NCBI GenBank assembly: GCA_963820525.1
Contig: CAWGAA010000001.1
Location: forward strand, 2,848,001 to 2,912,000
DNA from: an uncultured Spirochaetota bacterium
GTDB lineage: Bacteria; Spirochaetota; Spirochaetia; SZUA-6; Fen-1364
Direction: 5' to 3'
DNA: 64,000 nt
The notes below the pieces were generated by a model. That model made no database searches. It was given only the letters and a program-made list of their open reading frames with translations, and was not told the origin of the DNA. Shown here piece by piece: positions 36,145 to 45,400 of this stretch. A program made the position numbers and the translations under genes. Within the stretch, counting starts at the first letter, position 1. Every line of letters starts with the position of its first letter.

Positions 36145-38421
36145 TTACGCTTTCTTCTTTCTCTTTTTTTCCTCGTACAGCACGTCGTCCGCCCGGTCGA
36201 GCAGCTCCTCGAGGCTCACGGTGGATTCCCGCTCGAAAGGCACCGCGCCGATGCTCATGGAGAGCTGGTAGGGCTTGCCCGAGTCCGCGTTGAAGGTGGA
36301 AATGCAGGCCTGCAGCCGCTGCCGGAGGTTTTCCACGAAGGCCGGGACCGTGTCAATGGTGAGGATGGCGAACTCGTCCCCGCCGAGCCGCGCGATCACG
36401 TCCATGGCGCGGAAGGTCTTCTTGAGGACCTCCGCCGCAGTGCGGATGGCCGCGTCGCCCTCCTGGTGCCCCCATGCATCGTTGATCTTCTTCAGCTCGT
36501 CGAGGTCCGCGAAAAACACGTTGCCCCGCCGGCCCGTGCGGCGCGCCAGGGTGAGATTCTGCCTGCCCATGCTCAGGAACCCCCGCCTGTTGAGCAGCCC
36601 CGTGAGCTCGTCGGTCTGCGAGAGCCCCGACAGCTTCTGGTTGTACTCCTCCAGCTCCACGAGGACCTGCCGGAGGCGCTCCTCCGCCTTCTGCCTGCCG
36701 ATGAAAAGCAGGGAGCCTTTGAGGATGTTGCTGAGCTGCACGCAGAACGTCTCGTAGATCGAGTTGTCCCGGCTCCCCGGCTCGAAGACGATGTAGCCGA
36801 TCTGATCATCCCGGAAATACAGGGACGTGGCCACAAGCGTATAACGCCTGTTTGTCGGGAGGAGCCCCGGCGGCACCATTCCATTGGCGGGGGAGAACAC
36901 CCGATCCCGTTCGGCCAGGGCGATGCGCTTCCCATCGACATAGGAGAGCATCACCTCGGCATTCGTGGGGACTCTCCACTCCTCGTTTCTGCGATGCTCG
37001 ATCTCGGGCGAGTAGCCGGCGATGAAGCAGGTCTTGATGTCCAGCCGCTCAAGGTCATCGGTGAGGTCGGTCATGAGATTGTCGATGGACGATACCGAAA
37101 TGAGCCTTTCCATGATGAGCCGAAGCGACGCCAGGTGGCCCTGGAGGTCTGTCCGCCCCTTTCCCTGTTCCACCCTGATCATCTCTACCAGGAGCGTTCT
37201 CGCCTTCTGGAAGCTGAAGGACAGGGCGGCGAGCTCCTCCACGGAGCCGGCGGTGCCGGCCAGCTCCTCGTTGAGCACCGTGAGAAGCGTCTGCCAGGCC
37301 GAAATGTCGACCTTCCTGAGGATCTCGTCGCACAGCGCCCCGTGGAGAAACCCGATGAAGCCGTCCGTTGTGCCGATGAGCTCGATCAGCGCCTCCAGCA
37401 GGTCGTGCAGCGCCTTGTCGGGCAGGGTGAACTCCTTCTCCGTGAGGCGGATGAAGCAGCGCTCGATGATGGCCTTCTTGTCCGGCAGCGCCGTTTTGTT
37501 GGCAAGGAGCATGGGAAGCGGCGCCAGCCCGTCGAGATCCGCGACGGCCCGCGGGAGGCAGCCGCAGGAGGTGCGCAGCACCAGGCGCGTCGGTAAAAGG
37601 ATGGTCTGCGGAACGGGCTCGCATTGCACGAGCCGCGCCGCGAAGTCCGCGGCCGTTCGCGCCTGCTCGAAGAGCGGCTGGCCGACCGTCGTTATGGGCG
37701 GAACGATGAACTGGGAAATCGAGATGTTGTCGAAGCCGATCAGCGCGACATCGCGCGGGATGGCGTGCCCGCGCTCGGTCAGCACGTGCATGGTGGAGAT
37801 GGCGAGCTCGTCGTTGGCCGTCACGATGGCCTGGAAGTCGGGCTTGCCGTATTTCTCCAGGTAGTCCGTCATGGCGAGGCGGGCGCCCCGGGACGAGAAA
37901 TCGCAGGTGATCGTGAGCTCGGGATCGTCGTCCAGCCCGAGGGTCCGCACCGCCTCGCGGTACGCGAGGTAGCGAACGGCGGCTTCCTCGTTGTCGTCGG
38001 GGCCCCTGAGGAAGGCGATGCGCGTGAAACCGTGAGCCGTGGCCAGATGCTGCATCGCCTCCAGGATGCCCGCCCTGTTGTCCACGAGGATGCTGGGGAC
38101 ACCTTCGATCTTGATGGCGATGCTGATCATGGGGATCTTGCCGAAGCGCTGGGTATACGCGCGGAACTGCTCGACGGACTGGAAGTTGCACTGCGTCCCC
38201 GTGGCCACGATGAGGGCATCGATCGCGGACGGCTTTATGTAATCGAAGATGACATTGTTCTGATACTCGTGGCCGTGGGGGGAGAGGAGGCTCTTACCCG
38301 AGAAGACGATGAGGTTCGCATCGTGCTCCTCGGCCCACACCGAGGCCCCTTCGATGAGAAGCCGTGCGTAGCCCGAGTCCGTCTGATCGATGAGGAGCCC
38401 GAGCGTGATCCTTTCGCTCAT
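36145..38421 (-). CDS. Diguanylate cyclase with N-terminal LacI-type sugar-binding domain
   Basis: LVDNRAG, RIAFLRGP, ANDELA, IGFDNI and LVLRTSCGC (LacI effector domain, no HTH); DELTGLLNRRG and RLGGDEF with RxxD I-site. Confidence 0.9.
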   Translation of the reverse strand: MSERITLGLLIDQTDSGYARLLIEGASVWAEEHDANLIVFSGKSLLSPHGHEYQNNVIFDYIKPSAIDALIVATGTQCNFQSVEQFRAYTQRFGKIPMISIAIKIEGVPSILVDNRAGILEAMQHLATAHGFTRIAFLRGPDDNEEAAVRYLAYREAVRTLGLDDDPELTITCDFSSRGARLAMTDYLEKYGKPDFQAIVTANDELAISTMHVLTERGHAIPRDVALIGFDNISISQFIVPPITTVGQPLFEQARTAADFAARLVQCEPVPQTILLPTRLVLRTSCGCLPRAVADLDGLAPLPMLLANKTALPDKKAIIERCFIRLTEKEFTLPDKALHDLLEALIELIGTTDGFIGFLHGALCDEILRKVDISAWQTLLTVLNEELAGTAGSVEELAALSFSFQKARTLLVEMIRVEQGKGRTDLQGHLASLRLIMERLISVSSIDNLMTDLTDDLERLDIKTCFIAGYSPEIEHRRNEEWRVPTNAEVMLSYVDGKRIALAERDRVFSPANGMVPPGLLPTNRRYTLVATSLYFRDDQIGYIVFEPGSRDNSIYETFCVQLSNILKGSLLFIGRQKAEERLRQVLVELEEYNQKLSGLSQTDELTGLLNRRGFLSMGRQNLTLARRTGRRGNVFFADLDELKKINDAWGHQEGDAAIRTAAEVLKKTFRAMDVIARLGGDEFAILTIDTVPAFVENLRQRLQACISTFNADSGKPYQLSMSIGAVPFERESTVSLEELLDRADDVLYEEKKRKKKA

Positions 38422-38615
38422 TTCTTCATTGTCCGTCGAGGCTGAGGGGAGACTAAACAAGTTGCCATGCCACGTCAAGCTTGATTCGGCGGAGCTTTTG
38501 CGATGCGTCCGGAGCGCCGGCTTCAATGTGCGGCGGAGGCCCGCGGCCGAGCCCGGGGGACGCCGTCCGTGCCTGGGGCTTGACTGTCACGCTCGAGGCT
38601 TGGTTCCATCAGGTC

Positions 38616-39551
38616 ATGGCAAAGGCACTCCGGCGGCTCGCCGTCCTGCTTTCGCTCCTGCTTCTCGCAATGCCGGCAGAGAGCCAGGATGCGCGGCCCA
38701 GACACGTGCTCCTCTGGCAGGTCGTTTCCGGCGGATCCACCGTGTACCTGCTCGGCTCCGTCCATGTGGCCAAGCCGGACATCTACCCGCTCAACGAATA
38801 CATCGAGCAGGCTTTTTCCCGCTCGGCGCGGCTCGTCGTCGAGATCGACATCAGGAGCATCGATCCCGGCGAGATGCAGAGGAAGATCCTCTCTCTTGGA
38901 GTGCTGCCCGAAGGCCGGACGCTGCGCTCGGAGCTGGACCCCGATGACGCCGCGCTGCTGGACGAGAAGCTTTCCGCTTTGGGGCTTCCCCCGGGGAGCT
39001 TCGACAGGTTTCGACCCTGGATCGTTGCAACGATCCTGGCCGAGACTGAATTAGCCGCGCTGGGGTACGCCGCTGAAAACGGAGTCGACCTGTATTTCCT
39101 CAAGAAGGCTCAAGACCGGGAGGTCGTCGAGCTCGAGTCAGCCGACTACCAGCTCGGTCTCCTGGCCGGTTTTTCGGATGAGGACCAGCGGGAGATGCTC
39201 AAGGAATACCTCGGCGGAGCTTCCACGGCTGGCGAGACCACGGCGGAACTCCTCGAGGCATGGCTTGCGGGCGACGAGGCGGGGATGGAGGGAATCCTGG
39301 AGGCAGAGCTTGACTCCGGCCCCGTAGGCGGCCGCATTTCCGATACTCTCTTGAGAGACCGCGATGCCGCCATGACGAAAAAGATCGAGCAGCTCCTCGG
39401 GCGCCCCGGCTCGAGCTTTGTGGTCGTTGGCGCCGCCCACCTCTTGCGAAAGGGCGGGATCAGAGACCGCCTGACGGCGGACGGCTTCGAAGTTATCGAG
39501 GCGGGCAAAACGGACGCCGTCGGAGCCGGCTCTCCGGTATATCTGCCCTAG
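38616..39551 (+). CDS. TraB/GumN family protein
   Basis: Signal peptide, YLLGSVHV, GVDLYF, ELES..Q, RD..M, VVVGAAHL. Confidence 0.88.
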   Translation: MAKALRRLAVLLSLLLLAMPAESQDARPRHVLLWQVVSGGSTVYLLGSVHVAKPDIYPLNEYIEQAFSRSARLVVEIDIRSIDPGEMQRKILSLGVLPEGRTLRSELDPDDAALLDEKLSALGLPPGSFDRFRPWIVATILAETELAALGYAAENGVDLYFLKKAQDREVVELESADYQLGLLAGFSDEDQREMLKEYLGGASTAGETTAELLEAWLAGDEAGMEGILEAELDSGPVGGRISDTLLRDRDAAMTKKIEQLLGRPGSSFVVVGAAHLLRKGGIRDRLTADGFEVIEAGKTDAVGAGSPVYLP

Positions 39552-41084
39552 GAGCCTGTCGCGAAACCCTCTTCCGGGAAGCCATTGAATTGAGGTCCCG
39601 GCCATTGATAGAGTGGCCGCATGGGAGAGGGAACTTTTCGATCCTATCAGCCTGATCAGCCGTACCTCCTTCCACCCCGAGTGGATGAATGGCTGCCCGA
39701 CGGCCACTTGGTGTACTTCATGCGCGACGTGGTGGAAACGCTGGACCTCGAGGCGATTTATTCAAGCTATCAATTGAGCGAAGGCGGACGTCCGCCGTAC
39801 GAGCCGCGGATGATGCTGGCCTTGGTTCTGTATGCCTACAGCGTCGGGGTATACAGTTCGCGAAAGATCGAGCAGGCCTGCTGGGAGTCGGTGGCCTTTC
39901 GGGTACTCAGTGCGGATCAACATCCCGACCATGCGACGATCGCCAGCTTCCGCAAGCGGCATTTGAAGGAGTTGGGGTTGTTGTTCAACCAGGTGCTGAA
40001 GCTGTGCCAACGGGCGGGGTTGGTGAAGTTGGGGCACGTGGCGCTGGACAGCACGAAGGTGAAAGCCAACGCCTCCAGGCACAAAGCGATGAGCTACGGG
40101 CGAATGCTGAAGAGTGAGCAGCGGCTGAACGATGAGATCGCGGCGCTGTTGAAGCGGGCGCAGCGTGAGGATGAAGAAGAGGACGCACGCCTGGGGCCCG
40201 GGGGCAAGGATGAGGATCTGCCCGAGGAGTTGAAGCGGCGGCAGACGAGGCTGGCCAGGATTCGGGAAGCCAAGGCAGCGTTGGAAGCCGAGGCGCAAGA
40301 GAAAGCAGAGGAAGAGGTTCGGCGCAAGGGGGGAGACCCTGGGGCCGCCGGTGGGAAGGGGCGGGCGGAGGTAAAGCCAGCCGAGAAGGCGCAACGCAAT
40401 TTCACCGACCCGCAATCGCGGATCATGCTGGACAAGTCCAGCAACAGCTTTGTGAAGGCCTACAATTGCCAGGCGGCGGTCGACGGGAAGGCCCAGGTGA
40501 TTGTTGCCGCCGAGGTCACGCAGGAAACCAACGACAGCCGTCAACTGCATCCGATGCTGGAGAAGCTCAAGGCCAACACCGACGGGCAACTTCCCCGGCG
40601 TCTGACTGCCGACAGTGGCTACTACAACGGGGAGCATGTGCAATCCCATGAAAAGGAAGTGGACCTCTACATTGCTACCGAGCAGTTCCGCCATGGGGAG
40701 CGTGTACCGGCTCCGAGGGGGCGCATTCCTTCCGGATTGAGCAAGAAGCAACTGATGGGGCGCAAGGTGCGGAGCGCACGGGGGCAACGGATCTACGGGA
40801 AGCGTAAACAGATCGTGGAGCCGGTATTCGGGCAGATCAAGGAAGCGCGGGGCTTTCGTCAGTTCTTGCTTCGTGGGCTGGAGAACGTCTGGGGTGAATG
40901 GCAAGTAGTATGTACGACGCACAACCTATTGAAGCTGTTCAGAAGCGGATGGAGATTGAGCGAAGCGTAGGAGAGAGAAGGAATCCCGGCTCGATGACAA
41001 GTTGAGTTGGGGGCGCCTCATCATGAAAACGGCCCGCTCGCCTACCACAAACGGAGACTTGCGGGCCGGTTTCGCGACAGGCTC
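39552..41084 (+). mobile_element. IS1182-family insertion sequence, 1533 bp
   Basis: Perfect 17-bp TIRs GAGCCTGTCGCGAAACC (39552-39568 and 41068-41084); flanking 4-bp direct repeat CTAG (39548-39551 and 41085-41088). Confidence 0.93.
39621..40970 (+). CDS. IS1182 family DDE transposase
   Basis: GRPPYEP, SSRKIE, PDHATIASFR, ALDSTKVKANAS, NFTDPQSRIM, ADSGY, VEPVFGQIK. Confidence 0.95.
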   Translation: MGEGTFRSYQPDQPYLLPPRVDEWLPDGHLVYFMRDVVETLDLEAIYSSYQLSEGGRPPYEPRMMLALVLYAYSVGVYSSRKIEQACWESVAFRVLSADQHPDHATIASFRKRHLKELGLLFNQVLKLCQRAGLVKLGHVALDSTKVKANASRHKAMSYGRMLKSEQRLNDEIAALLKRAQREDEEEDARLGPGGKDEDLPEELKRRQTRLARIREAKAALEAEAQEKAEEEVRRKGGDPGAAGGKGRAEVKPAEKAQRNFTDPQSRIMLDKSSNSFVKAYNCQAAVDGKAQVIVAAEVTQETNDSRQLHPMLEKLKANTDGQLPRRLTADSGYYNGEHVQSHEKEVDLYIATEQFRHGERVPAPRGRIPSGLSKKQLMGRKVRSARGQRIYGKRKQIVEPVFGQIKEARGFRQFLLRGLENVWGEWQVVCTTHNLLKLFRSGWRLSEA

Positions 41085-42626
41085 CTAGGGCGTGAAGCCT
41101 GGCACGTGGAAGATCACTCCGCTGAACAAAAGGTAGGCGAGCGCGAGCGTCCAGACGATATTGAAGAGCTGGGCGCAGATGAAGGCGACGGCCGGTTTTC
41201 CCTTTCCAAGCCCGACGAACCCCGCAAACCGCGTCTCCAGACCGATCGACAGAAAGGCCAGGCCGAACCATGCGGTGCGAAGTCCCGTGAGCGCCGTCTT
41301 GGTCTGCTTCACAATATCCGGGGGCAGGATGAAGGAGAAGAGGATCGAGGCGGCCAGAAAGCCCAGAACGAACTTGGGAAAGCGCTCCCAGATCACGGAG
41401 AGCTTGGGGCGGCCGGAAGCCGCGGTTGCTCCATTTGACGGCTTTCGAAGGGCCCACCAGAGTGAGAGGATGAATGCCGCTACTCCAATGAAAACGTTCT
41501 GGGAGAACTTCACGATGGTTCCCACCTTCATGGCAACCTCGCCTACCAGGGAGCTTGCCGCGACAACGGAGCCGGTGGTGTCGAGCGTCCCGCCCATCCA
41601 TGCCCCCGCTATCGCTTCGGGGAGCTTCGCCAGGCGCGCCACCCAGGGCATGATGACCATCATGGGGACGGCCACGATGAGGGTGAGGGATATCACGTAG
41701 GAGAGCTTCTTCTTGTCGCCCTGAATCGCTCCGCAGGCGGCAATAGCCGCGGACACGCCGCAGATGGAGACCGCTGAGGAGAGGATGGCGGCAAACTGCT
41801 CATCCACCTTCATCCTTCTCGATATCCAGTAGCACGCGTACCATACAACGGCAACCACCAGGAGCGCCTGGATGACGCCGATGGCACCGGCCTGGAGTAT
41901 TTCCGGGAACAGGATTCCAGCTCCCAGGATAACGAGTCCGATCTTGATGTACAGCTCCGTTCGCACGGCTTCTGAAAGCCATGCCGGAACGCCGAAGACA
42001 TTCCCGATGAGAAGCCCGATGGCCAGGGCGAAGACCACGTACTCGAAACCCCAGTAGGTGACCGAGACGTTTCCCGCGATGAGCTGGGAGATCCAGCTCA
42101 AAAAATAGACCACGGGAAATCCCGCGATGAATACCGCCGGCTTTCCGCCTCCCAGCCAGACCGCAGCGAGTGAAAGAATGAGAAACACGGCGCCGATGAC
42201 GGCGGAGCGCAAAAGGTTGTCTGCGGAGAAGAGGGCGGGAAGCGTTGCCCGTGCGTCGTCAGAGAGCTTGCGGGCCAACTCCTGCGCGGCTTTTCCCAGC
42301 GCGGGGTCTTTTGCCGATTTCGAAGACTTCCCCAGGGCGGCCGCTGCTTCGCCCACGGCCTTACGATTGGAGGAGCCGGCGGCGCTCTTCACGCCTTCGA
42401 GGGCCTGGGACAACTCCGTATCGCCCGACGCAGTCGCCTGGAGCTCGAGCTTCTCCAGGGCTGGAGCGTTTGCCACAAGCGTGGATCTGTGCTCCGGCCC
42501 GCTCATCCAGCGAAAGCCGGGCAGAGCCAGGCGCAGGCCCAGCACAACAATCCCGATGACAAGCACGCCGATCAGGACCGGCTGCCATTCCTCGTTCAGG
42601 ATTGCTTTGCGTTTCACTTCGATCAT
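41085..42626 (-). CDS. YeiH/UPF0324 (putative sulfate exporter) family membrane protein
   Basis: ELYIKIGLVILGA, SICGVSAAIA, GAWMGGTLDTTGSV, RFPKFVLGF. Confidence 0.88.
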   Translation of the reverse strand: MIEVKRKAILNEEWQPVLIGVLVIGIVVLGLRLALPGFRWMSGPEHRSTLVANAPALEKLELQATASGDTELSQALEGVKSAAGSSNRKAVGEAAAALGKSSKSAKDPALGKAAQELARKLSDDARATLPALFSADNLLRSAVIGAVFLILSLAAVWLGGGKPAVFIAGFPVVYFLSWISQLIAGNVSVTYWGFEYVVFALAIGLLIGNVFGVPAWLSEAVRTELYIKIGLVILGAGILFPEILQAGAIGVIQALLVVAVVWYACYWISRRMKVDEQFAAILSSAVSICGVSAAIAACGAIQGDKKKLSYVISLTLIVAVPMMVIMPWVARLAKLPEAIAGAWMGGTLDTTGSVVAASSLVGEVAMKVGTIVKFSQNVFIGVAAFILSLWWALRKPSNGATAASGRPKLSVIWERFPKFVLGFLAASILFSFILPPDIVKQTKTALTGLRTAWFGLAFLSIGLETRFAGFVGLGKGKPAVAFICAQLFNIVWTLALAYLLFSGVIFHVPGFTP

Positions 42627-42806
42627 GTGCTCCCCCTGACGCAGATCTCGCTTGCGCTCTTTGCGCGAAGGATTGCCGCCGGTGGGAGTCTTGTCAATGC
42701 TCGCGGCCGAAAAATGCCTGTTAATCGCACAAAAAGCCGAAAAACTGGTGAAACATTGGCATTGTGAGGCTTTTGGGGTCTCGAATATTCGAATCCGGTA
42801 TTCGGT

Positions 42807-43433
42807 TTACGAGCCCCTGAGCATCCGGCGGTCGAGCCGCTCGTCCTTCTTGCGCAGGCGGAGCCTCCTCTTGATTCCCCGCTCCACCAGGAGGAGTATG
42901 TCGTTCATCAGCTCAGTGGCGCTCTGCTGGTCGGAATCCAGAAGAACGGAGTAGTAGACTGCCAGGAGCATGCGGCGGGGGTTCTGGAACAGCCCCGTGC
43001 GGAAGACTCTTTTACGCGAGCCTTCTCTCAAGATCTCGTCAAGGAGCCGCTCGATCGCGGAAAGGAGCGTATTGCCCCCGGAGATCCGCTCCTCGGCTCC
43101 GGGATAGAGGAATCTCCTGTCGCGGGTCATGATCCCCCGGATGATCGGGTTGCCTTTCAGGCCGAGAACGCTGAAGCGGTAGAGGGCCTTCAGTTTGTTC
43201 ATGGGGGAGTTGAACTTGCGTACGTGCCTCTCCGCCTCCTCGATCCCCTGCGTCTCCAGCCGGTCGATGATCGCGCAGTACAGCTCCTCCTTGCTGTGGA
43301 AGTGGGAGTAGAAGCTTCCGAGCCCCAGGCCGGCATCGCGGGTGATCTCATCGACGGTCACATCGCGGTATCCACTGCGGGAAAAGAGCCTTTCGCCGAC
43401 GCGCAAGAGGATTTCCCGCTTGTCCACGCTCAT
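42807..43433 (-). CDS. TetR/AcrR family regulator
   Basis: HTH LFSRSGYRDVTVDEITRDAGLGLGSFYSHFHSKEEL; ATGA overlap with the cupin gene. Confidence 0.9.
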   Translation of the reverse strand: MSVDKREILLRVGERLFSRSGYRDVTVDEITRDAGLGLGSFYSHFHSKEELYCAIIDRLETQGIEEAERHVRKFNSPMNKLKALYRFSVLGLKGNPIIRGIMTRDRRFLYPGAEERISGGNTLLSAIERLLDEILREGSRKRVFRTGLFQNPRRMLLAVYYSVLLDSDQQSATELMNDILLLVERGIKRRLRLRKKDERLDRRMLRGS

Positions 43434-43777
43434 CCGCGTGCGTATTCGGGCCGCATGGGGGCGAAGCACTCTATCACTTCCGCCTCTTCCAGCACCTCGG
43501 CCCCGTGAGCCTCATTGCCGCCGAACACGTACGAGCATCCCGCCTCTGCGATGAAGGTCTCGGAGGCGCCCCGGTGGAAAAGGAGCTTCCCGCTGATCAC
43601 GTATCCGTTCTGGGCCGCGGGGTGGCTGTGCAGGGGAACCCGGGCGCCCGTATTCATGTGGAAATGGCAGAGCATGACCGATTCGTTGTAGCTCAGGGTC
43701 GTTCGGAAGATTCCCGCAGGACCTTCAGTCGAATCCAGCTCCGCCTTCCTGGCCAGAGGCACTGTGCGTGTATCCAT
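43430..43777 (-). CDS. Cupin domain protein
   Basis: PLHSHP..GYVISG, HGA and FAPMRPEY motifs. Confidence 0.85.
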   Translation of the reverse strand: MDTRTVPLARKAELDSTEGPAGIFRTTLSYNESVMLCHFHMNTGARVPLHSHPAAQNGYVISGKLLFHRGASETFIAEAGCSYVFGGNEAHGAEVLEEAEVIECFAPMRPEYARG

Positions 43778-43890
43778 CGCACCATCATACGGGAGAAGGC
43801 CCCGTTCGTCCATTGCGCGCGGACGGCCGCCAGCGCCGCATTGACGCTCGTCGAAGGCGACCGCTACATTTACGACGGGAGAGGAGCCGA

Positions 43891-44079
43891 CTTCGGGAGC
43901 TCGCGCTTCGCGTCGCCGAGATCTCGCGCCTCCCCATCCAGGCGGAGCGGATCCGGCTGTGGAAGCGCTTGAACTCCCTCGAGCTGGAGCGCCTCATGGC
44001 CCTGCTGGATCCGCGGGGCGGGTGGCGCGACCTGGTGCCCGAGGATGACCTTACCTGCCTTGACCCTCGGCTCACCTGA
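43891..44079 (+). pseudogene. N-terminal remnant of a larger conserved hypothetical protein
   Basis: LRELALRVAEISRLPIQAERIRLWKRLNSL..DPRGGWRDLVPEDDLTCLDP reads as real protein, but there is no start codon after RBS GAGGAG and it stops after about 62 codons. Confidence 0.55.
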
Positions 44080-44139
44080 GGCGGGGTCCGCGACCGCTTT
44101 TCAAAACCCCGTGGTTCACCTACCTTTGAATGAAGCGCC

Positions 44140-44949
44140 ATGGTCCGCCGGATTGCATTGTCGTATTCGCGTCTCCTCTTCGCCGAGATCCTCCTCGGCG
44201 CCGCCGCCTGTGAGTCTCCGTCCAGCGCGCGGGGCGAGAACCTCTCGGTTCTCCACGCGGGGCTCTCCCTGGCGCGCGCCGGGGACATGGGCTTTTCCAA
44301 GAGAGAATCGCTTGCGCGGAGGAAGGCATTCTCCTCCTCCATGGGCTGGACCGAGGGGAGGTGCTTCGCGGTGCGGCAGGTCCACTCCCGAACCGTCCTC
44401 TCCGTTGATGGCTCAAGCCCTGCCGATCTTGAAAGCGCGGAGGCGGACGGTCTGGCAACCCTTGTGGGCGGCTGCCTGCTCACCGTGACCGTGGCAGACT
44501 GCCTGCCGATCTTCCTGGCGGATCCCGACACGGGGGCATTTGCCTTGGTGCATTCGGGCTGGAAGGGGACGGGCATTGTCGGCGAAGCCGTGAGACTTCT
44601 TCAAAAGCGTTTCGGCGTCCCCCCTTCCCGACTGGCCGCAACCATCGGCCCGGGCATCGGAAGCTGCTGCTACAGCGTGCCCCGGGCGCGTTTCGAGGAG
44701 TTTCGCTTGCAGTACGGCCCGGATGCCGTCCGCAGCGACGGCGGGGAGTATTTCCTGGACCTTCGTCGAGCCAACCTCTCACTGATGGAAGAAGCCGGCA
44801 TTTCGGATATCGCCGTAGTGGAGGACTGCACCTGCTGCTCGGCCGAGCTGGGGTCTTTCAGGCGGCAGGGCCCGGCATCTTTCACCCGGATGCTCGCTTT
44901 CCTCGGTCCCCGCGAAGGAGCGGGGCATCCCCGGGAAAAATCGCAATAG
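44140..44949 (+). CDS. YfiH/PgeF (laccase-domain, purine nucleoside phosphorylase) family protein
   Basis: QVHS, ADG, VADCLPI, HSGWKG, IGPGIGSCCY, CTCC, SFRR. Confidence 0.9.
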   Translation: MVRRIALSYSRLLFAEILLGAAACESPSSARGENLSVLHAGLSLARAGDMGFSKRESLARRKAFSSSMGWTEGRCFAVRQVHSRTVLSVDGSSPADLESAEADGLATLVGGCLLTVTVADCLPIFLADPDTGAFALVHSGWKGTGIVGEAVRLLQKRFGVPPSRLAATIGPGIGSCCYSVPRARFEEFRLQYGPDAVRSDGGEYFLDLRRANLSLMEEAGISDIAVVEDCTCCSAELGSFRRQGPASFTRMLAFLGPREGAGHPREKSQ

Positions 44950-44959
44950 GAGTGCAGGT

Positions 44960-45376
44960 ATGGTCAATCAGAGCCGGATCTCGATTCAAACCGACGGGCA
45001 CGGCGACATGCGCGACCTCTCATCCGCGCTCCGCGGTGCCGTCGAGGCATCGGGTGTGGAGACGGGCACGGTGAATGTGTTCGTGGTGGGGAGCACGGCC
45101 GCCGTGGGAACCATCGAACTGGAGCCCGGCCTTGCCCGCGACCTCCCCGAGCTTCTCGACCGGCTGGTTCCACCCGGCAGGGAATACGGTCACGAGAGGG
45201 CGTGGCATGACGGAAACGGCCATTCCCATCTCCAGGCGACATGGCTCGGGCCGTCGATCACGGTTGCGGTGTCCGAGGGCGCGCCTGCGCTCGGCACGTG
45301 GCAGCAGGTCTTCCTCCTGGAGTGCGACGTGCGGCCGCGCACGAGGACCATCGTGGTCACGGTGAACGGCGAATAG
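44960..45376 (+). CDS. yjbQ: YjbQ/UPF0047 family protein
   Basis: GSTAA, E.EPGL, DGNGHSHL, LGTWQQV. Confidence 0.9.
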   Translation: MVNQSRISIQTDGHGDMRDLSSALRGAVEASGVETGTVNVFVVGSTAAVGTIELEPGLARDLPELLDRLVPPGREYGHERAWHDGNGHSHLQATWLGPSITVAVSEGAPALGTWQQVFLLECDVRPRTRTIVVTVNGE

Positions 45377-45400
45377 CGATGCAAAGGGGGCATCACATAC

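Noticed and set aside
38616..39551. TraB name suggesting a conjugative element
   Set aside because: TraB/GumN is a Tiki-like metalloprotein family; no T4SS, relaxase or integrase is present
42781..42792. Palindrome TCGAATATTCGA downstream of tetR
   Set aside because: Only 12 bp and far from the yeiH start; could be chance, so not called as an operator
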